Shown here: positions 40,489-52,562 of the stretch, in pieces
How the letters are laid out: every line of letters starts with the position of its first letter
How positions within the stretch are numbered: position 1 is the stretch's first letter
Origin: Eledone cirrhosa
Taxonomy: Eukaryota
Length of the DNA: 64,000 nt
Assembly (NCBI GenBank): GCA_964016885.1
Contig: OZ024741.1
Coordinates: 186,062,001 to 186,126,000 of the forward strand
Direction of reading: 5' to 3'
Notes under the pieces: generated by a model
Seen by the model: only the letters and a program-made list of their open reading frames with translations
Databases searched by the model: none
Told to the model about the DNA's origin: nothing
Made by a program: the position numbers and the translations under genes

Positions 40489-41312
40489 GATTTCGGTGGG
40501 AAAAAAAAAATCCCTCATTTTTTTTTTTCTTGACTGTTATCAACGAATCTGATCTGCACGATGCTCGCAACCTACCTTTTGCCCGGAGAACGGAGAGAGT
40601 GGGTGTTTCCTCCACGGATAACCACCTCCTCGACGTTTTTTCTACGATTTTTATTTCGCGTGATATCAATGAACTCCAAACCAGTCGGAAACGACTAGAG
40701 TTGTAAATAAAAGAGAATGAAAAGGGGCAAAAAGACTATCGGAGTTTGGTAGGAAATAATTATCTTTCCTTTTTTCATGCGCCATCAAATAATCTGACCT
40801 CTTAGATGCTCGCAATCGACTTTTTCCAGGAAGATGGAAACCCTAACCGTAACCCTAAATGGAAGCCTAACCCTAAACATATCTCTAACCATAACCCTAA
40901 CGATAAGCTTAAACTTAAACCTAACCCTAACCCTAACTCTAATCCTAATCCGGCAAAAAAAAATGATTGCAAGCATCTAAGTGGTCCGGAAAGAATTGAG
41001 GAAAAATAATTATTTCGCACCAAACGCGAGAGGTGTGTAGATCTGCGAAACACAGATGGTCTTTTTCGCCCGCTTTTCACCCTTCTTATGAAACAAATCT
41101 AGTCATTCCCGACTGGTTTGGAGATCGTATTCGTTAATAATACAGGTAAAAAGGATCGTAGCAAAAACTGCGAGGTTGGAAGGGGTGTCGGGAGTGCACC
41201 CCGTCCTCTCCGTTCTCCGGGAAGAAAATCGATTGCGAGTATCATGGTGGTTAGATTAATTGATAACAGACTAAAAATAAAACGAAGAAACACATTTTCA
41301 CCCATTGAAATC
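40489..41312. mobile_element. Fold-back (MITE-like) element with ~340-bp imperfect inverted arms and a central (CCCTAA)-like tract
   Basis: The left arm 40489-~40830 is the reverse complement of the right arm ~40955-41312. Paired examples: gatttcggtggg / cccattgaaatc; cccggagaacggagag / ctctccgttctccggg; ctccaaaccagtcgg / ccgactggtttggag; cttagatgctcgcaatc / gattgcaagcatctaag. Confidence 0.85.
40840..40950. repeat. Degenerate telomere-like (CCCTAA)n tract
   Basis: ccctaaccgtaaccctaa...cctaaccctaaccctaactctaatcctaa, with a 6-bp period. Confidence 0.85.
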
Positions 41313-41314
41313 TA

Positions 41315-41497
41315 TAATAATTGTTTCTAGTTTTGGCATAAGGCCAGCAATTACCCAGTGCATTACTTCTACTTTATTTTATCGACCCCGTAAGGATGAA
41401 AGGCAAAGTTAACCTCGGCGGGATTTGAACTCGGAACGTAAAGGGCCATGACTCTATGTTGTAAAGCGTGGTGTCTGACGCTCTACCGATACTGTCA
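41315..41497 (-). mobile_element. tRNA-derived SINE family A copy
   Basis: Matches 55878-56065. It has a B-box-like GAGTTCAAATCC on the minus strand, and the extreme head is missing. Confidence 0.9.
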
Positions 41498-41499
41498 AG

Positions 41500-42080
41500 A
41501 GACATCAGATACACACTCTGCGGAATAAATATCGATGATGTCACCTACATCATAAACAACTGTCCATCTCATCATAATACTATCCATCTATTAGGCATAA
41601 TGTAGTGACCAAAACACTATACAATGCAATCCGTAGAAAAGATATCCCTGTGAATAAACATATAAAGAGTTACACTGTTGTGGAGGACATACACATATAG
41701 AATGTGAAAGATTACTCATGGAATATTCCAATCAAAACTCCAATGAAATGCAAACATAACAGACCAGACAGTGATATGGAACATAGAAAAGAAGGCATGC
41801 ACAGAAGTTGAATTAGCTGTCCAGCAGATTTCAATATAATGCTAACGATTATCGAAAAGTTGAACATTCATTCTGAACTAATGAGAAATCTGCAGAGACT
41901 CCAACATGACCATGTCTTTTTACTTCTACCTGTGGTCATTGGGGTTCTAAGATATATTAAAAAATGTCAAAGTACAAGATTTGAGAGGATGAGTTTCACA
42001 GAATTAAAAAGAGCATGGCTAGAAAAGAAATTGCAAGTACAGCCCTTTAACGGAATGTAAAACATTTCCGAAATTAAGCA
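41500..42080 (+). pseudogene. Continuation of the R4/NeSL-type LINE: CCHC knuckle and restriction-like endonuclease remnant
   Basis: Degenerate frames give LCGINIDDVTYIINNCP (decayed CCHC), RHNVVTKTLY, WNIPIKT..KCKHNRPD.VIW, EKLNIHSELMRNLQRL and LPVVIGVL, which are typical RLE-domain motifs. Confidence 0.78.
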
Positions 42081-42409
42081 TCTAGAGTTGTATATACACT
42101 TGTATAGATACAAAATACGTGAACGTGTACACATATAACTCATAACATGCAGATCTACACGTACAATAATATCCATATCTGCACCACACCAAGCCTCTTT
42201 TGCCTGGAGAATTTAACAGCTGAACCATCTCCACTCTGTCTCAACACCCTCAAATTTCCCAGAGAGTTATCTAAATGTGGATGCAATAGTATCTACATAC
42301 CTGGTCCTGGCCTCGATATCCAACAACGCTTCCAATTTTATCCTGTAGGTCACCCTGGATCTACCAGTTTTGTAGGCTTCTTTGGCTTTAGACAGTTTCA
42401 TGTTACAAA

Positions 42410-42960
42410 ACCTTGAAAATTGAAGCCTGGAACATCGTAACTCTTATAGGTAAGGAGCAGGAACTGGCGAGGGAGGCTAGATGCTACCGGCTTGATATCA
42501 AGAAAGTTTTGTGGCTCTGGAACTGTGGATTTGGATGGAGGATAGAAACTCCACTATGTGTGACGCCAAAAATGACTGCACACGTTGGAGTTGGGATACT
42601 CACAAAACCCCCGGCTGCCAGAATGTTTTAAGGTCTGGATCCCATTAAGAGAGAGGATTTGTTTCTTGAAGCGTAGACTTAAGGATAATTCTCTGTGGGC
42701 GGTACAATTTATGCGCCAAACAATGAGTCCGATTACAGGTCCTTCCTTGAAGTCACTGCAGCGTTAGATGTAGTCACCACTGAGAAGATTTCAATGCACA
42801 TGTTGGCACAGAACACCTAGCATGGAAAGGCGTGATTGAAAGTAACGGTGACCATAATCTGAATAAGAATGGAGAGGCCATATTATACTTCTGTTCTAGC
42901 AAAGGAATCTCTATTATGAACACCTTTTTTCAACACAGGAACGTTCACAAATCTTCATAG
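42410..42960 (+). pseudogene. Degenerate LINE APE endonuclease fragment (RTE-like, distinct subfamily)
   Basis: AWNIVTLIGKEQELAREARCYRLDI, VGVGIL, YAPNNESDYRSFLE, DFNAHVG, NLNKNGE and IMNTFFQHRNVHK, read across frameshifts. Confidence 0.82.
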
Positions 42961-43026
42961 TTGATGTTGTTTAAATTCCAATGATAGAGTCTTCTGTCTA
43001 TGTTAGAAACCGGTTCTCTGCCTTTG

Positions 43027-43640
43027 TCGATCCCGTAAGGATAGAAAGTAACGTTAAGCTCGACGCGATTTGAATTCAGACCGTAAAGGGCCGTAACTCC
43101 ATGTTGCAAAGCATGGCCTCCAACCCTCTACCGATACTGTCAATCCACCGCCCTTTATAAACCATGTATAAAATAATGATTTCTAGTATAGGCACAAGGC
43201 CAGTAATTTGGGGAGAGGGGAAAGTCGATTAAATCGAATCCAGTACATTACTGGTGCTTTATTTTATCGACCCCGTAAGGCAACGTTAACCTCTGTAAGA
43301 TTTGAACTCAGATCGTAAAGGACCTAACACTATGCTGCAAAGCATGACGTCCGACTCTGTACAGATAAAGCCAATCCACCACACTCAAACATGCATAAAA
43401 TAATGGTTTCTTATATAGGCACAAGGCCAGCAAACATGTATAAAATTATTGTTTCTACTTTAGGCACAAGGCCAGCGAATTACCCAGTACATTAGTGGTA
43501 CTTTATTTTATCGACCCCGTAAGGATGAAAGGCAAAGTTATCCTCGGCGGGATTTGAACTCAGAATGGCAAGGGCCGTAACTCTATACGTCAAAGCATGG
43601 TATCCGACCCTCTACCGATACTGCCAATCCACCACCCTGT
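43027..43640 (-). mobile_element. Head-to-tail cluster of SINE family A copies (43027-43155 partial, 43172-43386, tail fragment 43399-43432, 43444-43637)
   Basis: Three recognisable bodies plus a tail fragment, separated by a repeated catgtataaaat-like spacer. Confidence 0.88.
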
Positions 43641-43805
43641 ATAAAATACTGGAACCAGAATATACACATATATAAACATACATACATACATACATACACA
43701 AACACACACACACACACACACATATACACGCACACACACAAAACACACACAGACAGACATGCACATTTATGGTCGTCTTACACTGAAAATAAGGTTTTCC
43801 TTCCC

Positions 43806-43922
43806 ATCTCTAATGATATGCAAAACATTCTTATTGGCAGTAATATCGGTCACGTCGTCTCTGGTTGGTTGCTGATAAAATGGTATGACCGTTAATTCTC
43901 TCATTTCAACCGTAACCTGAAA
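43806..43922. repeat. Dispersed ~115-bp repeat (family C), copy 1
   Basis: Similar to 52807-52917 (taatgatatgcaaa...attgg...aatatcggtca.gt.gtct.tg.ttggttgc.gata.aatggt...cgtaa.ctgaa). Confidence 0.75.
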
Positions 43923-44084
43923 TTTATTCTAAGAGTCATCTATCTACCTATCTATCTATTTCTCTTTCTCTCTCTATATATATATATATACACATGTGTG
44001 TGTGTGTGTGTGTGTGTCTGTGTGTGTGTGTGTGTGTATGTACACACACACACGCATATATATATATATGTATATATAATGGAA

Positions 44085-44230
44085 AAATTTGAACAGGGAC
44101 AAAACAGAGAGGCAGTACAACAAAAGTTTATTAATTTCACGCTCTGGAGAGTGGGGTGTTGGTGGGGGACGACGTTTCGGGCATAAGCCCTTCCTCAGGT
44201 GGGAAGTGTGTGGGAACAGAGTTCAAAGGG
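44085..44230 (-). mobile_element. Penelope-like element terminal (pLTR-like) fragment
   Basis: A minimal hammerhead motif is followed about 40 nt downstream by AATAAA (44127-44132, minus strand), then TA/TG microsatellite. This is the usual PLE end arrangement. Boundaries are approximate. Confidence 0.6.
44169..44200 (-). ncRNA. Minimal hammerhead ribozyme motif of Penelope type
   Basis: The minus strand reads AC-CUGAGGA-AGGGC(UUAU)GCCC-GAAAC-GUC-GU. The core is intact, helix II has 4 bp, the minimal helix III is the palindrome ACGU, and helix I has only 2 bp. Confidence 0.75.
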
Positions 44231-44398
44231 TGTGTAGGGGAGTGGTGGAGAGACATATAGCGAAAGGAAACGGTGCGAATGAAAAAATAAAAAATAAAGA
44301 TAAAAATAAAAATAAAGCATGATCAAAATACAAGGAATGAGATAAATTTAAAAATAAAGGCATGATCAAAATAAACTGAAATTAAAAGGGGGTTAAAC

Positions 44399-44467
<69 letters not shown>

Positions 44468-44628
44468 GTCGTTTCTTTGGCTATGCGGATGATTGTTTAA
44501 CCATCGTCTCAGTGTGTTTGGCCTTTAACGTATGTTGTATCTCTGGTTCATCTGAATCATTGAGCGCTTGCCACACATCTCAAAAGTTGTTTTTCGTTCA
44601 TTCCTAAGCCGAAATACGATTCTCGCTA

Positions 44629-44667
<39 letters not shown>

Positions 44668-44672
<5 letters not shown>

Positions 44673-44850
44673 TTATTAAAATAACAGATTAAAGTTTAAG
44701 CAAAGAATCGCTGCTTTCACCCTTAACGGGATCTTCTGAAACTAACAAAGTCAATCTGTAAACGCAGAACTGGATATTTCAAAAAACGTTGCAACCGGAG
44801 GAAGACAGGAAGACGATACTTTGGTTCGTGGTAACGTTCGCTGGCAAAGA
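44668..44850 (-). repeat. Dispersed repeat family D (possibly a Penelope-like end), copy 1
   Basis: Reverse complement of 63110-63285. A fragment is also present as a fold-back at 53134-53232. All copies end on TA-rich sequence. Confidence 0.8.
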
Positions 44851-44888
44851 ACGGGAAAAAAGGAATAATACGTCATTAATAGGAGCGG

Positions 44889-45010
<122 letters not shown>

Positions 45011-45104
45011 TATCTATCTACCTAAAGAAACATATCTATCTATTACTAGAAATTGGATACAATTTGCGACACAGAATATTTATGTGCCGTCAATTGATCT
45101 TTCT

Positions 45105-45200
45105 TTAAAACAGATATGCTTAAAACATATATACATTAAAACATATACACATTAAAACATATATACATTAAAACATATATACTTTAAAACAGATATACTT
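45105..45200. repeat. 15-16-bp minisatellite TTAAAACATATATACA, about 6 copies
   Basis: Direct reading. Confidence 0.88.
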
Positions 45201-46016
45201 CAATATAGTTTCCTTTTCTGTATGAAAGAGATATCGTTCCATGCATTATTTAGGACCAGCTCTATTTCGCTTTGGGATAATTGAGCCGGTTTCCTAGTTG
45301 TGTTAGAAATTGTCCTGAAGGTTATGTTCTCTTCTAATTTCTTGGGAGGGGGGGGGTAATTTTAAATTCCCCACCTTCCCCGAAATTACATAATTTCTTG
45401 TTTCTTTTAGCAATTCCTTGGCATTTGAGATATCCAGTAGTTTGTATGTTTGCTTTTCTCGGACCGCCTGTGCGAAAGAGACTCCAGTTGTTGGTCCGTT
45501 TTCTTTGGTGTTGTTGTTGTTATGATAGTTCTGTTGTTATTCGTGTTGAGTTCATTTTTTTCTTTGTTGGTGTTGTCATTATTGCTGTTGTTGGTTGTGT
45601 TGTTATCGTCATTGTTGTTCTTGTTTGCGTTATTGTAACCTTTTGGGTTTTCACCCATTTCCACAAATTTTTTCGTTAATTTAGTGTTCATAGTGTCTTT
45701 TGAGGGAGTTAGGAGAGAAGGCTGAGAGCGTTGTGCTCCTACCATCTCTCTATCACTTTCCTTGGGGGACGTGGCATATGTCATATGCGATCTACTAATG
45801 GAATCCATTATCGCCAAATGACTTTTCGTAAACAAATTATAAATATTAAATTTCGCCCCCAAGAGGAGCGAAACATATTTAACCCAACGTCTGCAGGCCC
45901 AGGCGATGGGTTAAACAAAACAAATAACAAATTATTTAACAAACTTACAGTTTCTGGTAATACATATCCAACAAAATGTATGAGCGAAGCAAAAACACGT
46001 CTATCGTCTCCGAAGC

Positions 46017-47263
46017 TAGATAGATAGATAGATTTCTTTATTAGCCACACGGGCACACAAGAAAAGGGGACAATACAAAGACATGCCGTGGATTTTACTT
46101 ACAGTCGTGTAAAAAATATAAAAACAAACAATTACAACAATCGAAATCAGCAATAGGGGTAGGCACCACAAATGGGTTGTTTAATACCCTGTCGATAGAA
46201 CAACCCTCAACTCCAGGTGCATGTTGTGCAAGTGATCCTTTCTTCCTTTTGCTCTCTCACCTCAACCTACAGGCTTATAAACAGAGAAGGCCCAATCACT
46301 CGGGCCATTTTTGCTTCATTCACACACCTTTCAGTAAATTTACTGGTGTGCAGTGCCTCTCTCTCCACCCTGATTCTCCTTCTAAAGTGATACTTAAAGA
46401 AGGGAATCAATTGTTTTCCGGAGAGAAAGGCATCTGTCCTCAATCCTCTCAACCTCGTCCACCATATAACTTCTTTCACCATAACCACCGTACAGAGGAA
46501 AACCGCCTCTCTTTTGTTTTTGAAAGTGGCTGGCGGTTTGATCCTTACTATGGACTCGGCAATCAACTGGATTTGTCCTATACGCGACAGCAGTTGTTCT
46601 GCATAGTTCCACAGGTCGGTTATGCCCGAGCAGTGTACAATTGCGTGCAGGACTGTACTGTTTCAATATCCTGCGCGCATCTTGTACACGTCCTCTTGGA
46701 AGGATTCCTGCCGGGGCGTCCGTGCCTCTAGATCTTGTCACGAACGGGTAGAGCCCCTCGGTAGCACTGCCAGGCCAGGGACCTCTGGAAGTTGTCCATA
46801 GGTCGCGGGCGGCAAGTGCTACCAAACAGACTGGTGAGCTCATCGTCTTCGACGCCCAGAGTCTTTCTGAGCACGTCGTCGCCCTTGTAACGTACAATCC
46901 CTCTATAGAATGTCGAAGTGGAATCTCCACTGATTGCTGCGCCCGCTTGCCAGAAGACTATGAGCGCCTGAGCGCATTTAATGTGCCAGGCGCCCATCGT
47001 TTTCGGTCTTTTCTTGACCCAGGACTACAGCTCCGTCAGCGAGACGAGCTGTGGGAAAGCCTGTCTCACAAATGGTGCCCACACCGGTTGGGGGTCAGTG
47101 AGGAATACCTGGAGATGCCGCAGCCTCAGCGCATGTTTGCGCATCATCAGCCACGGCATACCCAGCCCTCCGTTGGAAGGGTGCTGACAGCAGACGGATC
47201 TCCTCACCAGCGAAGCCTGCTTCTTCCACAGAAACTGGAAGAGCATGCGTTCCATCTTGGCGA
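46017..47263 (-). mobile_element. L1/Tx1-clade LINE 3' fragment (ORF2 C-terminus, 3'UTR, AATAAA, (TCTA)n tail); left arm of palindrome
   Basis: The minus-strand translation gives ERMLFQFLWKKQASLVRRSVCCQHPSNGGLGMP...AWQCYRGALPVRDK...CTRCAQDIETV.HAIVHC, matching the FLW/GGLG motif and zf-RVT-like CCHC of L1/Tx1 ORF2. There are in-frame stops at ~47026 and ~46729. Confidence 0.88.
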
Positions 47264-47273
47264 AGTAAACATC

Positions 47274-48510
47274 TCGCCAAGATAGAACGCATGCTCTTCC
47301 AGCTTCTGTGGAAGAAGCAGGCTACACTGGTGAGGAGATCCGTCTGCTGTCAGCACCCTTCCAACGGAGGGCTGGGAATGCCGTGGCTGATGATGCGTAA
47401 ACATGCGCTGAGGCTGCGGCATCTCTAGGTGTTCCTCACCTACCCACAACCGGTGTGGGAACCGTTTGTGAGACAGGCTTTCCCACAGCTCGTCTCGCTG
47501 ACGGAGCTGCAGTCCTGGGTCAAGAAAAGACCGAAAACGATGGGCGCCTGGCACATTGAATGCGCTCAGGCGCTCACAGTCTTCTGGCAAGCGGGCGCAG
47601 CAATCAGTGGAGACTCCACTTCGACATTCTATAGAGGGATTGTACGTTACAAAGGCGACGACGTGCTCAGAAAAACTCTGGGCGTCGAAAACGATGAGCT
47701 CACCAGTCTGTTTGGTAGCACTTGCCGCCCGGGACCTATGGACAACTTCCAGAGGTCCCTGACCTGGCAGTGCTACCGAGGAGCTCTACCGGTTCGTGAC
47801 AAGATCTACAGGCACGGACGCCCCGGCAGGGATCCTTCCAAGAGGACGTGTCCAAGATGCGCGCAGGACATTGAAACAGTCCTGCACGCAATTCTACACT
47901 GACCGGGCGTAACCGACCTGTGGAACTATGCAGAACAACTGCTGTCGCGTATGGGACAAATCCAGTTTACTGCCGAGTCCATAGTAAGGATCAAACCGCC
48001 AGCCACTTTCAAAAACAAAAGAGAGGCGGTTTTCCTCTGTACGGTGGTTATGGTGAAAAAAGTTATATGGTGGACGAGGTTGGGAGGACTGAGGACAGAT
48101 GCCTTTCTCTCCGGAAAACAATTGATTCCCTTATTTAAGTATCACTTTAGAAGGAGAATCAGGGTGGAGAGAGAGGCACTGCACCCCAGTAAATTTACTG
48201 AAAGGTGTGTGAATGAAGCGAAAATGGCCCGAGTGATTGGGCCTTCTCTGTTTATAAGCCTGTAGGTTGAGTAAGAGAGCAAAAGGAAGAAAGGAGCACT
48301 TGCACAACACGCTCCTGGAGTTGAGGGTTGTTCTATCGACAGGGTATTAAACAACCCATTTGTGGCGCCTCCCCCCTATTGGGGATTTCGATTGTTGTAA
48401 TTGTTTGTTTTTATATTTTTTACACGACTGTATGTAAAATACCCGGCATGTCTTTGTATTGTCCCCTTTTCTTGTGCGCCCTTGTGGCTAATAAAGAAAT
48501 ATATCTATCC
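47274..48510 (+). mobile_element. L1/Tx1-clade LINE 3' fragment; right arm of palindrome
   Basis: The same protein is encoded on the + strand (ORFs 47429-47902 and 47951-48265; CPRCAQDIETVLHAILH) with its own stops at ~47426 and ~47900. AATAAA lies at 48490-48495, followed by a tctatc tail. Confidence 0.88.
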
Positions 48511-48719
48511 GTCTGTTTGCTATGTTTTGTTTTTTTTATCATGTGTCTGTATGCCTTTCTTTATATACTGTATATATTTCAGGATAAATATCCCATAATT
48601 CCTTGTGGAGTCTTAGAGGCACCGTTACGGCGTGTCTAGGCCACTCTGTTAAGCCTGGTGGAGCCCAACTCTCTGCAGCCTATTTTTTCCATAGAGGAAG
48701 AAACGGCCCCATTCCCGGA

Positions 48720-48790
48720 CTGCTACTTTTTTATCGACTTCGAAAGGATGAAAATCAAAGCTGACTACGTTGAGATTTGAACTTGGATAA
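48720..48790 (-). mobile_element. Old diverged SINE fragment sharing the family A core
   Basis: ttttatcgacttcgaaaggatgaaaatcaaagctgac...gatttgaact resembles the core of family A. Confidence 0.6.
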
Positions 48791-48838
48791 TGCAATGAAG
48801 AGGGACGAATACAGTAAATAATTCTATCCGACGTCTTC

Positions 48839-48871
<33 letters not shown>

Positions 48872-49017
48872 TGAAACAAAAGGGCGTGGTAAGATACCAG
48901 GGTGGACCATAATGCACCAGGGTACTCGATACCTGGGGTAGTAGAGTGGGTTGTATGAAGTTCTAAGTTCGGATCTAGCTGTCGAAACGGCCGGAGCTCA
49001 GCCGTCGGGGTCTTTTA

Positions 49018-49055
<38 letters not shown>

Positions 49056-49140
49056 TATATTTACTCCAATAATTTGTTGAGTGCTTTATATCAGTTATAC
49101 AAATATTTTGCTTGCATCCCAACAAATTAAATATAACCTC

Positions 49141-49341
<201 letters not shown>

Positions 49342-49522
49342 AGAGTGGGGGGAGAGAGAAGGAGAGAGAGAAATTGAATTTCAAAACATGACAAAAATGA
49401 AAATTTTGCAAATACGAACATTCATATAAAAAACATTTCTTTTCAATTAAATAATATAATAGTCAACTACTAAAGTTTATAAAATATTGTCTTATCAACG
49501 TCTACAAATTACGGAATTTTGC

Positions 49523-49703
49523 TGTAGTATCGGTAAAGGGTCGGGCACCATGCTTTGACGCATAGAGTTACGGCCCTTGCCATTCTGAGTTCAAATCCCG
49601 CCGAGGTTAACTTTGCATTTCATCCTTACGAGGTCGATAAAATAAAGTACCAGTAATACACTGAGTAATTGCTGGCCTTGTAGCAAAAGTAGAAACAATT
49701 ATT
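49523..49703 (+). mobile_element. tRNA-derived SINE family A copy
   Basis: Contains an A-box remnant tagtatcggtaaag, a B-box gagttcaaatcc, the core, and an aaacaattatt tail. Confidence 0.9.
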
Positions 49704-49989
49704 ACTCAAGGAACTTAAGTATATATCCAAAGTCTTTCTTCGTTGCAGTTTCTGGGATTTCCTGTATATAATGAGTATATATAATGAGTATAATAAGGAG
49801 AGAAGGAAAAGGCCCGATTCGGGCATGACAGTATTATGCACATATGACTGACTGACGATGGGTTTGACTCCGTGTGACCAACTTGGGCCGAGTGTTTTGT
49901 CATTGATGCATACAAGTCTCTTTTCTCCACAACATTGTTGTTGTCAAGGGACAAGTAAATGCCTAATACACTAGGCGCCAGAGCCCCCA

Positions 49990-50135
49990 CTATTGATTTG
50001 TATCCAGCTGAGTGAACTGGAGCAACCAGATCTATAGTTTCTTGATCAAGGTCACAATGCGCAAGTGGGGCTAGGCATCACACATACGATTCTACGATTA
50101 TGATACCGGCAGTCAAAACACTTTGAACCTCATCT
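49990..50135 (-). mobile_element. Old tRNA-SINE remnant of a different family
   Basis: The minus strand reads ttgtgaccttgatcaagaaact...ttgctccagttcactcagctg. From memory this resembles the TTGTGTCCTTGRGCAAGRCACTT segment that follows the tRNA head in widespread metazoan SINEs; it is unverified. Confidence 0.5.
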
Positions 50136-50832
50136 TCATTAATTGTGTACAGCACCCGTATTTTTGACATGTTTGATGATATATTATAAGTCTTTCCTTT
50201 TCTCTATAAACAGTATATGGCGATGGTGACCTAAAAAAAAAAAGAAACTTTAAGACATTTTCCAAACTGTACATTCATCTTCGTAAAATAGAAGATATAT
50301 ATTTTACTTTGAATTCATCATTGCGAGTTCATCATTCAGCTTCGATGGATTTAATGCAACAATTCCAAATGACTTTTCACATGAAAAATATACATACCAT
50401 TTTATTATTGATCGAGAGAACAAAACCAAGTTTCAAATATATCTTGGTATATTAATATTTGTGCAGTATTTAAACGTGAGGGTTCCCTATAAGCAAATAA
50501 GTTTCTATGTGTTATAATAAAGATTATATTTTCCTTTATGTTTTATCTGATACTTTGGTTTCTATACGTATTGCAAACGCAGCCATTGGTGGAAAACTAC
50601 CATAATGAGACAAAATTCCTTCTAGCATATTTCATGACTCCAAAATGTATTACAAGTAAAAAAGATTATATCGTTTCCAAGAAAATTTCCAATGAATTTA
50701 AAATATTTCCTCTTTCACTTAATTATGTTTTCTTATCTGACATGACTTGTCTTTTAAATTAGAAGATATACTTTCCGTATTGCTCCATTCATACAAATAT
50801 TTCTACGGTAACAATGCCGTGTATTCTGCTAG

Positions 50833-51016
50833 TGTATACATATACACGTGTTTGTATATATATGTATATGTATGTATATGTAAGCGCATATTCATGAACA
50901 CATGCATACGATCATACATATATACATTCATATATGTATAGATTCATATATATTTATATGTACATATGTATGCATGTATGCATATGTATATATATATATA
51001 TATATATGCATACATG

Positions 51017-51047
<31 letters not shown>

Positions 51048-51080
51048 GCATACATGCATATATATATATATGTGCATGAC
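50833..51080. repeat. Degenerate (TA)/(TACA)/(TGCA) microsatellite
   Basis: Direct reading. Confidence 0.9.
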
Positions 51081-51418
51081 AACTTAGGTATGTACGTCTC
51101 AAAATAAACATACCTCAAACAATGTATAAACATGGCATTTCTATTAGTTTTCATTTGTCGTTTCCGCCATTTAAAAAATATACTCATACACATACTCTCT
51201 CTTTATTTCTCACCCATCTCTCTCTCTCTCCCCCTCTCTCTCTCTCTCTATCTCTCTCTCGCTCTCTCTCTCACTCTCTCTCTTCCTTAATCACCAAGAC
51301 TTCCGTCTGCATTGTTTCACAATGGATTCTTTTGCATAATTATTTATATAACTATTTATTCATTTATGTGTCGATTATGTTTTTTTAATCTTCCTTTCCT
51401 TTACACCTTTTGAATATA

Positions 51419-51421
<3 letters not shown>

Positions 51422-51489
<68 letters not shown>

Positions 51490-51624
51490 TCTCTCTCTAT
51501 CTCTATCTATCTATCTATATATATATATCTCTCTCTCTCACCCCCTCTCTATCTCTCCCTCTCTCCATCTCTCTCTCTCATTCTTATTCCCTCAATCTCT
51601 CTCTCTCACTCTCTTACCATCACA

Positions 51625-51675
<51 letters not shown>

Positions 51676-51708
51676 ATTCTCATTGCCTCAATCTCTTTCA
51701 CTCTCTCG

Positions 51709-51749
<41 letters not shown>

Positions 51750-51834
51750 ATTCTCATTCCCGCAATCTCTCTCTCTCTCACTCTCTTACCCTCACACTCT
51801 CTATCGCTCTCTCTCTCTCTCCCATTCTCATTGC

Positions 51835-51883
<49 letters not shown>

Positions 51884-51925
51884 CCTCTCTCTCTCTCTCT
51901 CAATCTCTCTCCCACTCCCTCTCAA
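51422..51925. repeat. (CT)n-based polypyrimidine tract with internally duplicated motifs (cccattctcatt)
   Basis: Direct reading. Confidence 0.95.
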
Positions 51926-52123
51926 CCTTAATCGTGCTCTCAATCCCGTTTAGTAATTGTATTGTATTGCACGGTTTCAACCTTGAAACATCTCCTTCAC
52001 ATTCATACCCTTCAATTATACACGCTAATGTAAGATATCTCGAAACTATACAATCTAAGTCGCATCTACATGAACATACATCTATATATGAGAGCATACA
52101 TATACGCATATAAATGCATTAAA

Positions 52124-52125
<2 letters not shown>

Positions 52126-52176
<51 letters not shown>

Positions 52177-52217
52177 TATAGTATATATATATATATATCA
52201 TATATATATATATATAT

Positions 52218-52300
<83 letters not shown>

Positions 52301-52390
52301 TATATATTTATATGCATATTCCCCCCTTTCGCCCGTAACTTTTTATTTTTCATTTTTTCATTATACTTAATTACAACCACACAGCTCCTC

Positions 52391-52443
<53 letters not shown>

Positions 52444-52524
52444 TATAAGTATATATACACATCTATATGTATATATACAAATAAATATAAATGAATATAT
52501 ATATATACATATGTGTGTGTGCGC

Positions 52525-52562
<38 letters not shown>

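Noticed and set aside
40840-40950. True telomere or chromosome fusion scar
   Set aside because: The tract is short, degenerate, single-orientation and sits at the centre of a fold-back element.
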